Shown here in pieces: positions 19,135 to 34,475 of a DNA stretch of 64,000 bases (within the stretch, counting starts at the first letter, position 1; each line of letters opens with the position of its first letter). This DNA comes from Gemmatimonadales bacterium. Lineage in GTDB: Bacteria; Gemmatimonadota; Gemmatimonadetes; Gemmatimonadales; JACORV01. The notes beneath the pieces were generated by a model that saw nothing but the letters and a program-made list of their open reading frames with translations, did not search any database and had not been told where the DNA came from. The stretch lies in assembly GCA_049513575.1 (NCBI GenBank), contig JBEKVZ010000013.1, positions 22,062-86,061 on the forward strand, given 5' to 3'. A program made the position numbers and the translations under genes.

Positions 19135-19208
19135 CGGGGTGTGGCGCAGCCCGGTAGCGCGCCTGGTTTGGGACCAGGAGGTCGCGGGTTCGAATCCCGC
19201 CGCCCCGA
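19135..19208 (+). tRNA. tRNA-Pro(TGG)
   Basis: Cloverleaf: acceptor CGGGGTG/CGCCCCG, anticodon arm CCTGG-TTTGGGA-CCAGG, T-loop GTTCGAATC; CCA not encoded. Confidence 0.97.
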
Positions 19209-19218
19209 CTGAACAAGC

Positions 19219-19257
19219 GAAAGCCCCACCGTAACTTAGCTCGGTGGGGCTTTCTTC
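19219..19257 (+). terminator. Terminator hairpin after tRNA-Pro
   Basis: GAAAGCCCCACCG-10 nt-CGGTGGGGCTTTC followed by TT. Confidence 0.8.
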
Positions 19258-19498
19258 GGTTTCGGCCGACTGCATGAACACCGTGTGAACATTTCGGCTT
19301 GCCGGGCGTCAAAGCCTCGGATTGGCCAGCGCGTCGCCCGCTGCGTCCCGGCAGCGGTCCGGCGAGGCCTGGCCGCGTTGTGAGGAGCGGCGGACCGTGC
19401 AGAACGCGAGACTTCGGCTTGGTCTGGCGTGTCGCTCAGAGCGACCGGAGTAACTCTATCTTCCGTCGCCACAAGTAGTTGTGGCCTTCTGCAAGCGC

Positions 19499-19515
19499 TT
19501 GGTATAGCGGATGCT
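19499..19515 (+). promoter_or_regulatory. sigma54-type (-24/-12) promoter upstream of the pilin genes
   Basis: TTGGTATAGCGGATGCT has GG-N10-GC spacing about 55 bp before the pilin start; sigma54 control of pilA is established in other diderms. Confidence 0.6.
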
Positions 19516-19569
19516 CCTGTAGGGTTCAGGGTTCTCGGCTGCTGACACACCAATATGGAGGTAGAATCC

Positions 19570-19947
19570 GTGCGCAACGCCAAGGGCTTCACGCTGATCG
19601 AGCTTCTGATCGTGGTGGTCATCATCGGCATTCTGGCCGCCATCGCGATTCCGAAGTTCGCGAACACGAAGGAGAAGGCGTACATCGCGTCGATGAAGTC
19701 GGATCTGCGCAACCTGATCACCGCGCAGGAAGCCTACTTCGCCGACAACGTGACCTACGCGAGCACGACGACGAACCTGAACTACGGCATTTCGGCCGGG
19801 AACACCGTCACGATCGGGACGGCGTCCGGGACGGGCTGGAACGCGACGTCCACGAACAACGCGACCCTGAAGACCTGCGGGATATACGTGGGCGCGGTGA
19901 CGCCGCCGGTGACGGGCGAGGCGGAAGGCGCGCCGACCTGCCAATAG
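19570..19947 (+). CDS. Type IV (IVa-like) pilin, probable major pilin
   Basis: Class III signal 'RNAKG|FTLIELLIVVVIIGILAAIAIPKF' with E5; C-terminal Cys pair; GGAGGT RBS. Confidence 0.92.
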   Translation: MRNAKGFTLIELLIVVVIIGILAAIAIPKFANTKEKAYIASMKSDLRNLITAQEAYFADNVTYASTTTNLNYGISAGNTVTIGTASGTGWNATSTNNATLKTCGIYVGAVTPPVTGEAEGAPTCQ

Positions 19948-20044
19948 GCAGCTGCTGATTGGCTCTTCGGGGGCGGCGAGGCTGGCTGCCCCTGGGGAGC
20001 GCTGCGAACCGAGCGTCCACCCCCGTCGCCCGGAGGCGAGTCGA

Positions 20045-20428
20045 GTGCGAGACCCCAGGGGCTTCACGCTCGTCGAGCTACTCCTCGTCGTGGTGATCAT
20101 CGGCATCCTCGCGACGATCGCCATCCCGAAGTTCGGGAACACGAAGGAGAAGGCGCTGGTGGCCGGGATGCAGGTGGACCTGAAGAACCTCGTGACCGCC
20201 GAGGAGGCCTACTTCGCGGATTACGTGACGTATACCGGCACGCTCGGCAACCTCGCCTACAACGTGTCCACCGGCAACACCCTCAACCTCATTTCGGTGA
20301 CAGCTAGCGGAACCGGCTGGAGCGCCACGGCGATGAACACCGGTACCGCTCACACCTGCGGGATCTTCGTCGGCAACGCGACGGCGCCGATGCCGGGCCA
20401 GGCCGAGGGCCAGCCGGTGTGCAAATAG
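20045..20428 (+). CDS. Second type IV pilin paralogue
   Basis: 'RDPRG|FTLVELLLVVVIIGILATIAIPKF'; colinear with pilin 1 including SGTGW and TC..C; GGAGG RBS. Confidence 0.9.
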   Translation: MRDPRGFTLVELLLVVVIIGILATIAIPKFGNTKEKALVAGMQVDLKNLVTAEEAYFADYVTYTGTLGNLAYNVSTGNTLNLISVTASGTGWSATAMNTGTAHTCGIFVGNATAPMPGQAEGQPVCK

Positions 20429-20486
20429 CGAAAGGGGCCGCAGTCGCCGGCTCCCGACGTGTGCAACGTGCTAGGAAGCGCCGCGC

Positions 20487-20527
20487 TTTGGGACCAGCAG
20501 GTCGCGGGTTCGAATCCCGCCGCCCCG
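20487..20527 (+). repeat. Detached 3' half of tRNA-Pro (attR-like direct repeat) starting at the anticodon loop
   Basis: 40/41 identical to 19167-19207; identity begins exactly at TTTGGGA. Confidence 0.9.
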
Positions 20528-20541
20528 GCTCGTACGTGGAA

Positions 20542-20569
20542 ACCCCGGCGTCGGTAACGGCGCCGGGGT
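20542..20569. terminator. GC-rich hairpin (likely terminator) after the tRNA 3' fragment, between convergent genes
   Basis: ACCCCGGCGTCG-GTAA-CGGCGCCGGGGT. Confidence 0.65.
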
Positions 20570-20593
20570 CTCCTTGTCGGCGCGGAGCCGCGC

Positions 20594-20995
20594 TCAGCGG
20601 CAGGTGATCTCGACGTCCGCCTGGTTCGATTCGATGCGGGTGTTGCCCGAAGCGACGCGCAGCTTCATCCATAGCTGCAGGTGCTGGCCCGCCGCGCCGA
20701 CCCGCCAATCCTCGCCCACGCCGATGACGTGGGCGTTGGGGTTCGTGACGTGGATCATCTTGAGCTCGCTCTTGGCCCCGTCGCTGCGCTCGAACACATA
20801 GTTGAACACCATCGGATGCGCCGTGACGCCGACCTTGCCGGCAAAGTGGATCCGCACCGGGCACGTCCCCTCGTACTTCGAGGGCGTGGCGGTGAGGGTG
20901 ACCTCGCCGAACGGGGACTGCGGCGCCGGAGCGGGAATGGCAGCCAGGGCGGGCAGTACGAGCAGGGCGAGTCCGAGGGCACGAGTGACCATCAT
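20594..20995 (-). CDS. Secreted hypothetical protein (beta-rich, two Cys)
   Basis: Signal peptide 'MVTRALGLALLVLPALA'; GGAGG RBS on the minus strand. Confidence 0.7.
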   Translation of the reverse strand: MMVTRALGLALLVLPALAAIPAPAPQSPFGEVTLTATPSKYEGTCPVRIHFAGKVGVTAHPMVFNYVFERSDGAKSELKMIHVTNPNAHVIGVGEDWRVGAAGQHLQLWMKLRVASGNTRIESNQADVEITCR

Positions 20996-21215
20996 CTCTC
21001 CTCCGTGTGTGCATGCGTGCGAAAGACGACCCCTGCGCCCGTCGCCGGAGCGACGCCGGGCGCTCCATCACCGTATGGTCTGCGACCGCCGATCGCAAAT
21101 GTCCGGAGGCCCGCAGCGCCGAGCGATGTTGTCCCTCTTCAAACTCACTGTCATTCTCACGCCCGGCCGCCGGCACCCCTACATTGGTGATACCCTACCG
21201 GACTGGAGGCCGACC

Positions 21216-22040
21216 GTGAACCGCTTCAAGCTGATGCCCGCCGCTGCCGCGCTGTGTGCTGCTCTTGCCGTTCCTCGCGCGCACGCCCAGGAGATCACGC
21301 TCCGTTTCGCGCCGCCGGTCGGGCAGGTGGTCCACTATCGCACCATCACGCAGAGCTGGCTGGCCGGGATGGGGGGGCCGGACACCACCGTCCCCGCGAC
21401 GCAAACGGCGATGTACATGACGCGTACCGTGACCGGGATGGACGGAGACGCACGCGTCGTCGCGACGGTCGTCGATTCGTCGTTGACCGAAATGCCGGGG
21501 ATGCCGGGCATGGCGGCGATGATCGCGAGGGTGGCGCGCGACGCAATGCGCGGGATGACGATCACCCAGAAGATCGATGCGCGCGGCCGCGTCCTGTCGT
21601 CGGATGTGAAGCTGCCGCAGGGCGCTCCGGCGCAATCCGGCCAGGGAACGACGCGCACTCCCGGTCGGATCGGGCCCGTCTTCCCCGAGGGACCGGTGCA
21701 CCCGGGCGATACCTGGACGGATTCGATGATTACGTCCACGTCGGCGGGGCGGGGCCAACAGGTGGAGTCCACGGTGCGTCTGACGCTCAAGCTGGAGCGG
21801 GTGGAGCAGCAGGGGGGAAGCCGCGTCGCCATCGTTTCGGTGAACGGAACGGTGCAGGCGGACAGCGTCGGCGGCGCGGCGCGCCAGGGATTGACGGCCG
21901 GGACGATGACGGGTGAGATGGCCATCGAGGTGGAGACGGGCCGCGTGACGCGCTCCACGTCGGATCTCCAGGCCACGATGCAGACACAGCGCGGCCCGAT
22001 GCCGACGCGCAGCAAGACCACCATGGAAGCGCTGCCGTAG
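21216..22040 (+). CDS. Secreted hypothetical protein (DUF6263-like)
   Basis: GGAGG RBS with GTG start; signal peptide ending AHA|Q; 'FPEGPVHPGDTW' motif. Confidence 0.65.
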   Translation: MNRFKLMPAAAALCAALAVPRAHAQEITLRFAPPVGQVVHYRTITQSWLAGMGGPDTTVPATQTAMYMTRTVTGMDGDARVVATVVDSSLTEMPGMPGMAAMIARVARDAMRGMTITQKIDARGRVLSSDVKLPQGAPAQSGQGTTRTPGRIGPVFPEGPVHPGDTWTDSMITSTSAGRGQQVESTVRLTLKLERVEQQGGSRVAIVSVNGTVQADSVGGAARQGLTAGTMTGEMAIEVETGRVTRSTSDLQATMQTQRGPMPTRSKTTMEALP

Positions 22041-22062
22041 GCGGCACGGGCGTCGCACCGCG

Positions 22063-22416
22063 ATGTACGAGTCTCGTCACCATCCTCCCATCAGTCGCCG
22101 GCGCTTCGCCCGCCGGATGGCCACGCACGCGGCGATCTTCGTCGGCTTCCTGCTCGTCTCGCTCTTCCTCGGGATGGCGGGGTACGCGTACTTCGAGCAC
22201 CTGGGATGGCGTGATGCGTTCCTGAACGCCGCCATGCTGATGGGCGGCATGGGGCCGGTCGAGACCGTGCAGACCCCCGGCGGCAAGGTGTTCGCCGGCC
22301 TGTATGCGCTCTACTGCGGGCTCGGCGTCCTCGTCGCGGCGGCGATCCTGATCGCGCCAGTGTTCCATCGGTTCCTCCACAAGTTCCACTGGAGCGCGGA
22401 CCACCCGGACCAGTAG
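22063..22416 (+). CDS. Small 2-TM membrane protein resembling a K+-channel pore module
   Basis: TM1, 'WRDAFLNAAMLMGGMGPV', 'TPGGKVF', TM2. Confidence 0.65.
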   Translation: MYESRHHPPISRRRFARRMATHAAIFVGFLLVSLFLGMAGYAYFEHLGWRDAFLNAAMLMGGMGPVETVQTPGGKVFAGLYALYCGLGVLVAAAILIAPVFHRFLHKFHWSADHPDQ

Positions 22417-22499
22417 AGCCGGGTGTCCCGACCTGCGGGCGCGCCGCCGTGGCGCGCCCGCGCCGCCGCCTCGTAGATTCCGCTCCGGCATCCGGCCAC

Positions 22500-22573
22500 G
22501 CGCCAGTAGCTCAGCTGGATAGAGCGGCAGCCTTCTAAGCTGCGGGCCGCAGGTTCGAGTCCTGCCTGGCGCA
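22500..22573 (+). tRNA. tRNA-Arg(TCT)
   Basis: Acceptor GCGCCAG/CTGGCGC; anticodon arm GCAGC-CTTCTAA-GCTGC; T-loop GGTTCGAGTCC. Confidence 0.97.
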
Positions 22574-22660
22574 CTTGCTTCCCGACATCGGTTCGCAGTC
22601 CGACGCGGCCGCCCTCCGGCGCCGGGGCTCGGCGGCGGAACTCCGCAAGCGCCGCGGCGT

Positions 22661-24916
22661 ATGAGGCGGTTCATGCCCGGGTCCCGCGTCGCCCCCTTCG
22701 TCGGTCTGTTCCTTGTCTGGGCCGCACCTGCAGTCGCACAGAATCCGGCCCCGGACACCACGACCGCGCCGGTGGCCGCGGCGGCCGATCCCGACAGCAT
22801 CGTCGCCCGCGCCATCGCGCGCCGCCGCGACGTCCTCACCACGATCGGCAACGTTTGCTACGACGCGTACGTGAAAGTGGCGGCGCGTACCCTCAGGGCG
22901 AACCATGACACCGCGCGGTCGGTCCTCTTCCTCTCCGAAACGCACAGCTCCGCCTACTGGGAGCCGCACCGCCACTACCAGGAGACCATCGAGGCGCGCC
23001 GCCAGTCTCGCGGGTTCGGCGCCCCGCGCGCCCTCGTGGCTGTGGACGAGATCGTGGACGTGGGCCGGGAGAGCATCGTGCTCGACGGCTACGCGGGTGC
23101 GGGGCGCGGCGAAGGCGCGAACCGTCGGGCCTTCGGGCAGGGCGGCACGGCGCACCGCTACGTGGTGCCGCTGCCGGTCGGCCGCGACGCCTTCGACCGC
23201 TACGCCTTCCGCCTGCTCGACACTCTCACCGTGGACGGCCGCCGCGCCTATCGCCTCGCCGTCATCCCGCGCTCTGCTTCGACGCCGCTCTTCGTCGGGA
23301 CGATGGATGTCGCCGACTCGACGTACGACCTCCTGGCGCTGGACCTCGGGCTCAACGACGCGGTGCGGTTCGGCGCGGTCCGCGGTCTGCGCTACCGGGA
23401 GCGGTTCGCCGATGCCGGGGACGGCCGGTGGCTCCCCGCGGAGATCCGGCTCACGGGGGAAATTCGGCCCCGGATCACGGCCGATGGGCTGCCGCGTGAG
23501 GTGGCTGGGGTCCCCGTTCCGGGCCTCCCCGAAGCACTGGCCTTCGAGCAGGTCGCCGCGTTGAGTGCCTTCCGCTTCGACGTGGGGGACCGGCCGGACG
23601 GCCTCGGCGAGTATCGCGTCGTGGTGCGGGAGGGGGCCGACCATCCGGACAGCGTTGCGTGGGATGCGCCGGGGGCCCCGCCGCTGACCGCGGCCGAGCG
23701 TCAAGCCTGGGCCCGATCCGACTCGGCCGAGCGCCACCCGCCGACGCTGATGCGGATCGGGCAGGGGATCGGGGCCGTGGGCGAGGTGATGGCGAATCCC
23801 GGCTACTTCCACTTCAACCGCGTCGACGGCTACTACCTCGGACTCGCGCCGACCTGGCGGCTCTCCCCGGACGTCATCCTCGACACGAAGGCGGGCTACG
23901 CCCTGGGCAGCGAGACGTGGCAGTATGGCTTCGGCGGGCGGGTGCGGCTGTCGGAGGGGCGGCGGATGTGGGTCGGCGCGTCCTACGGTGACGAGACGGT
24001 GAGCCGCCCAACGCTCATCTCGAGCCAGTACAACCCGACGTTCCGGGCGCTGTTCGCGCGGGTGGATCCCCTGGACTACTACCGGGAGAAGGGTCTCCAC
24101 GTCTCGTTCGGGACCAAGCTGCTGAACCTGACCCAGCTCGAGCTCGGTTACGAGGACGCGCGCCAGTCGAGCCTCGACACGCTGCCGGGCTACTCCTTCC
24201 ACTCGACGCGCTTCCCGGCTCGCGGCAACCCGCCTATCGCGCCGGGGCATCTGCGGGCGCTGTCCGCGACGCTGACTTGGGACTCGCGTGAAATGGTGCG
24301 GAGCAGGGCGGGGGACTACCGGCTGAGCCCGATGAGCTGGACCCGGATCTCGGGCGGCGTCGAGGCCGCGGCGCCCTCCGTCATCGCGAACGACTTCTCG
24401 TACCGCCGCTTCACGCTCGAGATCCAGCACGCGCAGCCGCTGTTAGGGTGGGGGACGACGACCGTCTCGGCGGTGGGCGGCATCGCCACGGGCCTGGTGC
24501 CGCCGCAGCGCTACTTCACGGTGGACTTCGGAATGGACGTGCTGGCCGTCGAGGGGAACGCTTTCAGCACGCTGGCGCGGACCAACTACTACGGGAACGA
24601 AGCCGCGGTCATCACCGTGCGGCACGATTTCGACCGGCTCCTTTTCACCCGCAGCGGCCTGCCGCTGATCCGCAGCCTGCCGTTCACACTGAGCGTGCAG
24701 GCGGGACTGTTCTGGACGGACTTCGTGAACCACGTGCCGTACGCCGGCGACTCGATGCTGGCGACGGCGCCGACCCCGTATTCCGAGGTCGGCTTCTCGC
24801 TGGGCAACCTGACCCCGTTCCTCTCGCCCTTCAACTTCTCCGCCACTTTCGCCTGGCAACTCTCGTCGTACGCGACGCGCCGGTTCCGCTTCGGGATAGG
24901 GCTGAGTGGGCCGTAG
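22661..24916 (+). CDS. Outer-membrane beta-barrel protein (DUF5686-like)
   Basis: Signal peptide; 'FLSETHS', 'FNRVDGYYLG' and alternating beta-strand C-terminus. Confidence 0.65.
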   Translation: MRRFMPGSRVAPFVGLFLVWAAPAVAQNPAPDTTTAPVAAAADPDSIVARAIARRRDVLTTIGNVCYDAYVKVAARTLRANHDTARSVLFLSETHSSAYWEPHRHYQETIEARRQSRGFGAPRALVAVDEIVDVGRESIVLDGYAGAGRGEGANRRAFGQGGTAHRYVVPLPVGRDAFDRYAFRLLDTLTVDGRRAYRLAVIPRSASTPLFVGTMDVADSTYDLLALDLGLNDAVRFGAVRGLRYRERFADAGDGRWLPAEIRLTGEIRPRITADGLPREVAGVPVPGLPEALAFEQVAALSAFRFDVGDRPDGLGEYRVVVREGADHPDSVAWDAPGAPPLTAAERQAWARSDSAERHPPTLMRIGQGIGAVGEVMANPGYFHFNRVDGYYLGLAPTWRLSPDVILDTKAGYALGSETWQYGFGGRVRLSEGRRMWVGASYGDETVSRPTLISSQYNPTFRALFARVDPLDYYREKGLHVSFGTKLLNLTQLELGYEDARQSSLDTLPGYSFHSTRFPARGNPPIAPGHLRALSATLTWDSREMVRSRAGDYRLSPMSWTRISGGVEAAAPSVIANDFSYRRFTLEIQHAQPLLGWGTTTVSAVGGIATGLVPPQRYFTVDFGMDVLAVEGNAFSTLARTNYYGNEAAVITVRHDFDRLLFTRSGLPLIRSLPFTLSVQAGLFWTDFVNHVPYAGDSMLATAPTPYSEVGFSLGNLTPFLSPFNFSATFAWQLSSYATRRFRFGIGLSGP

Positions 24917-24920
24917 CGCG

Positions 24921-25089
24921 AGGTGAGAGGTGAGGCGGACAAGCCACGGCGTGAGAGGGCGGGAAGCGTGAGAAGTGAGGAGGAAAGAACGTGAGAGGTG
25001 AGAAGCTGACCCGCGGCTCCTCACCTCTCACGCCTTTCGACCTCCCACACCTCACCCCGCCTTCTCACCTGTTCCTCTCACTTCTCACG
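24921..25089. repeat. Second palindromic GTGAGA/TCTCAC array, between the convergent OMP gene and fhs
   Basis: Same units as 5986-6117; 13-bp core stem CGTGAGAGGTGAG/CTCACCTCTCACG at 24990-25032. Confidence 0.85.
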
Positions 25090-25093
25090 CCGC

Positions 25094-26962
<1,869 letters not shown>

Positions 26963-27055
26963 TGGTGACGGGCCTCGCTGCGCGGAGCGCTCTCGGGTCG
27001 AACGACCGGCCGGAAAAGGCCCTCCAATCTATGCAAGTCGGCCATCATCTGGGAG

Positions 27056-27084
27056 TTGACTTGCCCCCATGGCGCGTCTATCTT
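27056..27084 (+). promoter_or_regulatory. rRNA operon sigma70 promoter
   Basis: TTGACT, 17 bp, TATCTT, upstream of boxA and 16S. Confidence 0.75.
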
Positions 27085-27113
27085 TTGAGTCTCGCCACGA
27101 AGTTTTTGTCCGT

Positions 27114-27134
27114 GGCCGCTCTTTGAAAATCGAA
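27114..27134 (+). promoter_or_regulatory. boxA antitermination element in the rRNA leader (repeated in the 16S-23S spacer at about 28931-28951)
   Basis: GGCCGCTCTTTGAAAATCGAA versus GGCCGCTCTTTGACAATCGAA. Confidence 0.75.
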
Positions 27135-27260
27135 GTCGGAGAGTGCGGAACTCTGGTGGCCCCGTTCACCGGTGCGTTCTCAGATACGTGCCGGGAGGGG
27201 ACCACATTCTGAGTTTTTGTGATTCGGACGACCAAGTCGTTCGGTCAATGAGCTATTCAA

Positions 27261-28808
<1,548 letters not shown>

Positions 28809-29001
28809 GGAGCGCCGAGTAGACCGCCGGCAGCATGGGCGGCCGAAAGGCCTCTGAAGTCGCCCACCCGAGTTTCGCACTTCTCCGATTTCGTTTCCTA
28901 GATCCGCCCGGGCCCGCAGTGCGGGCCCGGGGCCGCTCTTTGACAATCGAAGCCAGGTGACGTGGTGTTATAGGAATCCAGCCGATGTAAACTCGAGTAA
29001 T

Positions 29002-31985
<2,984 letters not shown>

Positions 31986-32103
31986 TTCCCTTTGTTCGTT
32001 GGCTGGATTCCAGCCACGTCACTCGGTTTCGACGGTTGCGGTCTGGATCTCGGTTCGGGCGAGGCTGTTGCATGCAACTCCCGACTGCCAACCGGCCTAG
32101 TAT

Positions 32104-32223
32104 TGGCTGGCGACTAGCGCGCCGGGGCCACACCCGTTCCCATCCCGAACACGGCAGTTAAGCCCGGCAGCGTCGATGGTACTTCCGACGGACGTCGGTG
32201 GGAGAGTAGACCGCCGCCAGCCA
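32104..32223 (+). rRNA. rrf: 5S rRNA
   Basis: CCCGTTCCCATCCCGAACACGG and GATGGTAC..GGGAGAGTAG; terminal helix TGGCTGGCG/CGCCAGCCA. Confidence 0.97.
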
Positions 32224-32232
32224 TTCCCTGTA

Positions 32233-32270
32233 GCGAAAGCCCGCGCGCCTCAAGGCGTGCGGGCTTTCGC
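32233..32270 (+). terminator. rRNA operon terminator hairpin
   Basis: GCGAAAGCCCGCGCGCC-TCAA-GGCGTGCGGGCTTTCGC. Confidence 0.8.
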
Positions 32271-32449
32271 GTTCCCAGACGGCAAAGGCGGCAAGGAGGC
32301 AGTGGTTACCAGTTGCCCGCCGCAAGAGGCCAGCCCAGCCGCAAGTACTGGCAGCTTGTCTGGCCCCTGTCGGCTAGAAGTCTGGTAACCGCTACCTCCT
32401 TGCCGTCTGGCGACTATCCTGGAAACCTCGCATCTCGTAACTATTCTCC

Positions 32450-33310
32450 ATGACCAGATGTGGTATCGTGGCTTTCGCCGGCCCCCCCAATGCGGGGAAG
32501 TCCACCCTCCTCAACGCGCTGGTCGGCGAGGCGCTGGCCGCCGTCTCCGCCAAGCCGCAGACCACGCGCGTGCCCGTGCGCGGGCTCGTCACCGACGCGA
32601 CCACGCAGATCGTGCTGGTGGATCCCGCCGGCCTGATGGACCCGTCGTATCCGCTGCAGCACGCGATGCGGCTGAGCGCGGTGGCGGAGATCCGGGGCGC
32701 CGACCTCGTCGTCCAGGTGCACCCCCTGCCGGAGGCCCCGGCGCCGGACCTCCGCGCGCTCCTCCCCGACGCCGGGCCGATCCCTGCGAGCCTCCTGGTG
32801 TATAGCAAGTCGGATCTCGCTAGCGGCCGGCGGCCGCCGGGGGACGCCCTCGCCGTGTCGGCGCAAACGGGCGAGGGCCTCGACGCCCTGCTCGCGGCCA
32901 TCCGCGCGCGGCTGCCCGAGGGAGCGTTCCTCTACGATCCGTCCGACGTCGGCACGCAGCCGCTGCGGTTCTTCGCCGCCGAGTACGTGCGGGAGGCCGC
33001 GTTCGCCCTGCTCGAGCAGGAACTGCCCTACTGCGTCGCGGTGGAGCTCGATGCATTCCGGGAGGCGGAAGAGCCGGTGTATATTCGGGCCACCATCGCC
33101 GTCGAGCGCCAGAGTCAGAAGCCGATCGTGCTCGGCAGGGGCGGGCGCACCATCAAAGCCATCGGCATCGCGGCGCGGGAGCGGATCGAGGCGCTGCTCG
33201 GCCGGAGGGTGCGCCTGGAGCTGTGGGTCACCGTGTGGCCCAAGTGGCGCCGCGACACCGCCCGTCTCGCGCAACTCGGCCTGAGCGTCCCTCACCAGGA
33301 GCCGCGATGA
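32450..33310 (+). CDS. era: GTPase Era
   Basis: GPPNAGKST, 'SAKPQTTR', DxxG (DPAG), KH domain '[11 protein letters not shown]', '[11 protein letters not shown]'. Confidence 0.9.
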   Translation: MTRCGIVAFAGPPNAGKSTLLNALVGEALAAVSAKPQTTRVPVRGLVTDATTQIVLVDPAGLMDPSYPLQHAMRLSAVAEIRGADLVVQVHPLPEAPAPDLRALLPDAGPIPASLLVYSKSDLASGRRPPGDALAVSAQTGEGLDALLAAIRARLPEGAFLYDPSDVGTQPLRFFAAEYVREAAFALLEQELPYCVAVELDAFREAEEPVYIRATIAVERQSQKPIVLGRGGRTIKAIGIAARERIEALLGRRVRLELWVTVWPKWRRDTARLAQLGLSVPHQEPR

Positions 33311-33477
33311 CCTTGCCCAAAGATCTGCTCGAGATCCTCGTGTGCCCCAAGTGCAAGGGCGAACTCGAGTACCGCACCTCGCCCATCGAAGAGCTCGTCT
33401 GCCACGGCTGCCGGCTTCGCTACGCCGTCGACGACGGCATCCCGATCATGCTCATCGATGAGGCGAAGCCGCTGTAA
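33307..33477 (+). CDS. Trm112/YcaR-like small zinc-binding protein
   Basis: '[14 protein letters not shown]...[19 protein letters not shown]'. Confidence 0.9.
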   Translation: MTLPKDLLEILVCPKCKGELEYRTSPIEELVCHGCRLRYAVDDGIPIMLIDEAKPL

Positions 33478-34474
33478 CCTCCGGCTCGGCCCCGCCGCCC
33501 TGGCCGCGGGCCTGATCGCCGCGGGAGGGTGGAGCGCCGTGCCCGCCGCAGCTCAGAACGTCTCCGCCGGCGTCGAGGGCGGGGCGTTCCTGCTGCTCCC
33601 GGTCGGCGCGAGGGCCACCGCGCTGGGCCAGGCCGCCAGCGCCGACGGCGGCACGTCGGAGGCGGTCTTCTGGAATCCCGCCGGGCTCGCAACGCTCGCC
33701 CGGGGCGAGTTCGCCCTCCACCACTATGACGCGTTCTTCGGGAGCGGCGACGCCGTCGTGATCGCGGTGCCCTCGGCCCGCCTCGGTTCCTTCGCTTTGA
33801 CCGCGTACCTGGTCAACTACGGCGACCTCGCCGTGACGCGCGCCGACCTCGGCCCGGAGCCGGTCGGGCAGATCAGCCCGCGCAACCTGGCCCTGATGGC
33901 GAGCTACGCTACCGACGTGGCGGGCGGCGTCGCGATCGGCGTCACGTACAAGCTCGTGCAGTTCCGGGTGGACTGCACGGGCGATTGCAGCCAGGTGCCG
34001 ACGGCCACCGGGACGACCAACGCAGTGGACGTGGGCTTGCGCTACGACGCCTCCAGTTGGCTGCCCGTGGTCTTCGGCTTGACGCTCCGGAACCTCGGGT
34101 TCCCGCTCCAGGTGAACAACCGCTCGCAGGAGGATCCGCTCCCGACGCGCGTAGTGGTGGGCGTGAGCGTGGCCGTGCTGCGGCCCCGCGCCGGGACGCC
34201 GGGGATCGACGCGCGGGTTCTCGTCGACGTGCAGGGCACGGTGAACGAAGGCGCGCTCGAGCCGGTGACGCTCCTCGGCGTCGAGTCGGGCGTGGGGGAG
34301 CTGGTGCGGCTCAGGGCCGGGTACGCGTTCCTGAACTCGAACGCTCGAGGACCGAGTCTCGGGTTCGGCGTGCGGTTCGGCAACATCGCCTTCGACCTCG
34401 CGAGCGTGTTCTCCTCGGCCGAGGCGGTGGGCGACAAGCAGCCGGTGCACATCTCCTTCCGGGTGATCTTCTGA
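33458..34474 (+). CDS. PorV/PorQ-family outer-membrane beta-barrel
   Basis: Signal peptide; '[15 protein letters not shown]...[10 protein letters not shown]'; C-terminal Phe. Confidence 0.78.
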   Translation: MRRSRCNLRLGPAALAAGLIAAGGWSAVPAAAQNVSAGVEGGAFLLLPVGARATALGQAASADGGTSEAVFWNPAGLATLARGEFALHHYDAFFGSGDAVVIAVPSARLGSFALTAYLVNYGDLAVTRADLGPEPVGQISPRNLALMASYATDVAGGVAIGVTYKLVQFRVDCTGDCSQVPTATGTTNAVDVGLRYDASSWLPVVFGLTLRNLGFPLQVNNRSQEDPLPTRVVVGVSVAVLRPRAGTPGIDARVLVDVQGTVNEGALEPVTLLGVESGVGELVRLRAGYAFLNSNARGPSLGFGVRFGNIAFDLASVFSSAEAVGDKQPVHISFRVIF

Positions 34475-34475
34475 G

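Noticed and set aside
18409-20527. Split (trans-spliced) tRNA or group I intron-containing tRNA
   Set aside because: The halves both contain the full anticodon loop (a duplication, not a clean split). Their flanks share only about 5 bp of complementarity. I could not recognise a group I core, an intact copy exists, and joining the halves gives mismatches in the acceptor and anticodon stems.
22500-22573. tRNA-Arg as an att site with a duplicated fragment
   Set aside because: I found no second copy of its 5' or 3' end elsewhere in the window by eye.
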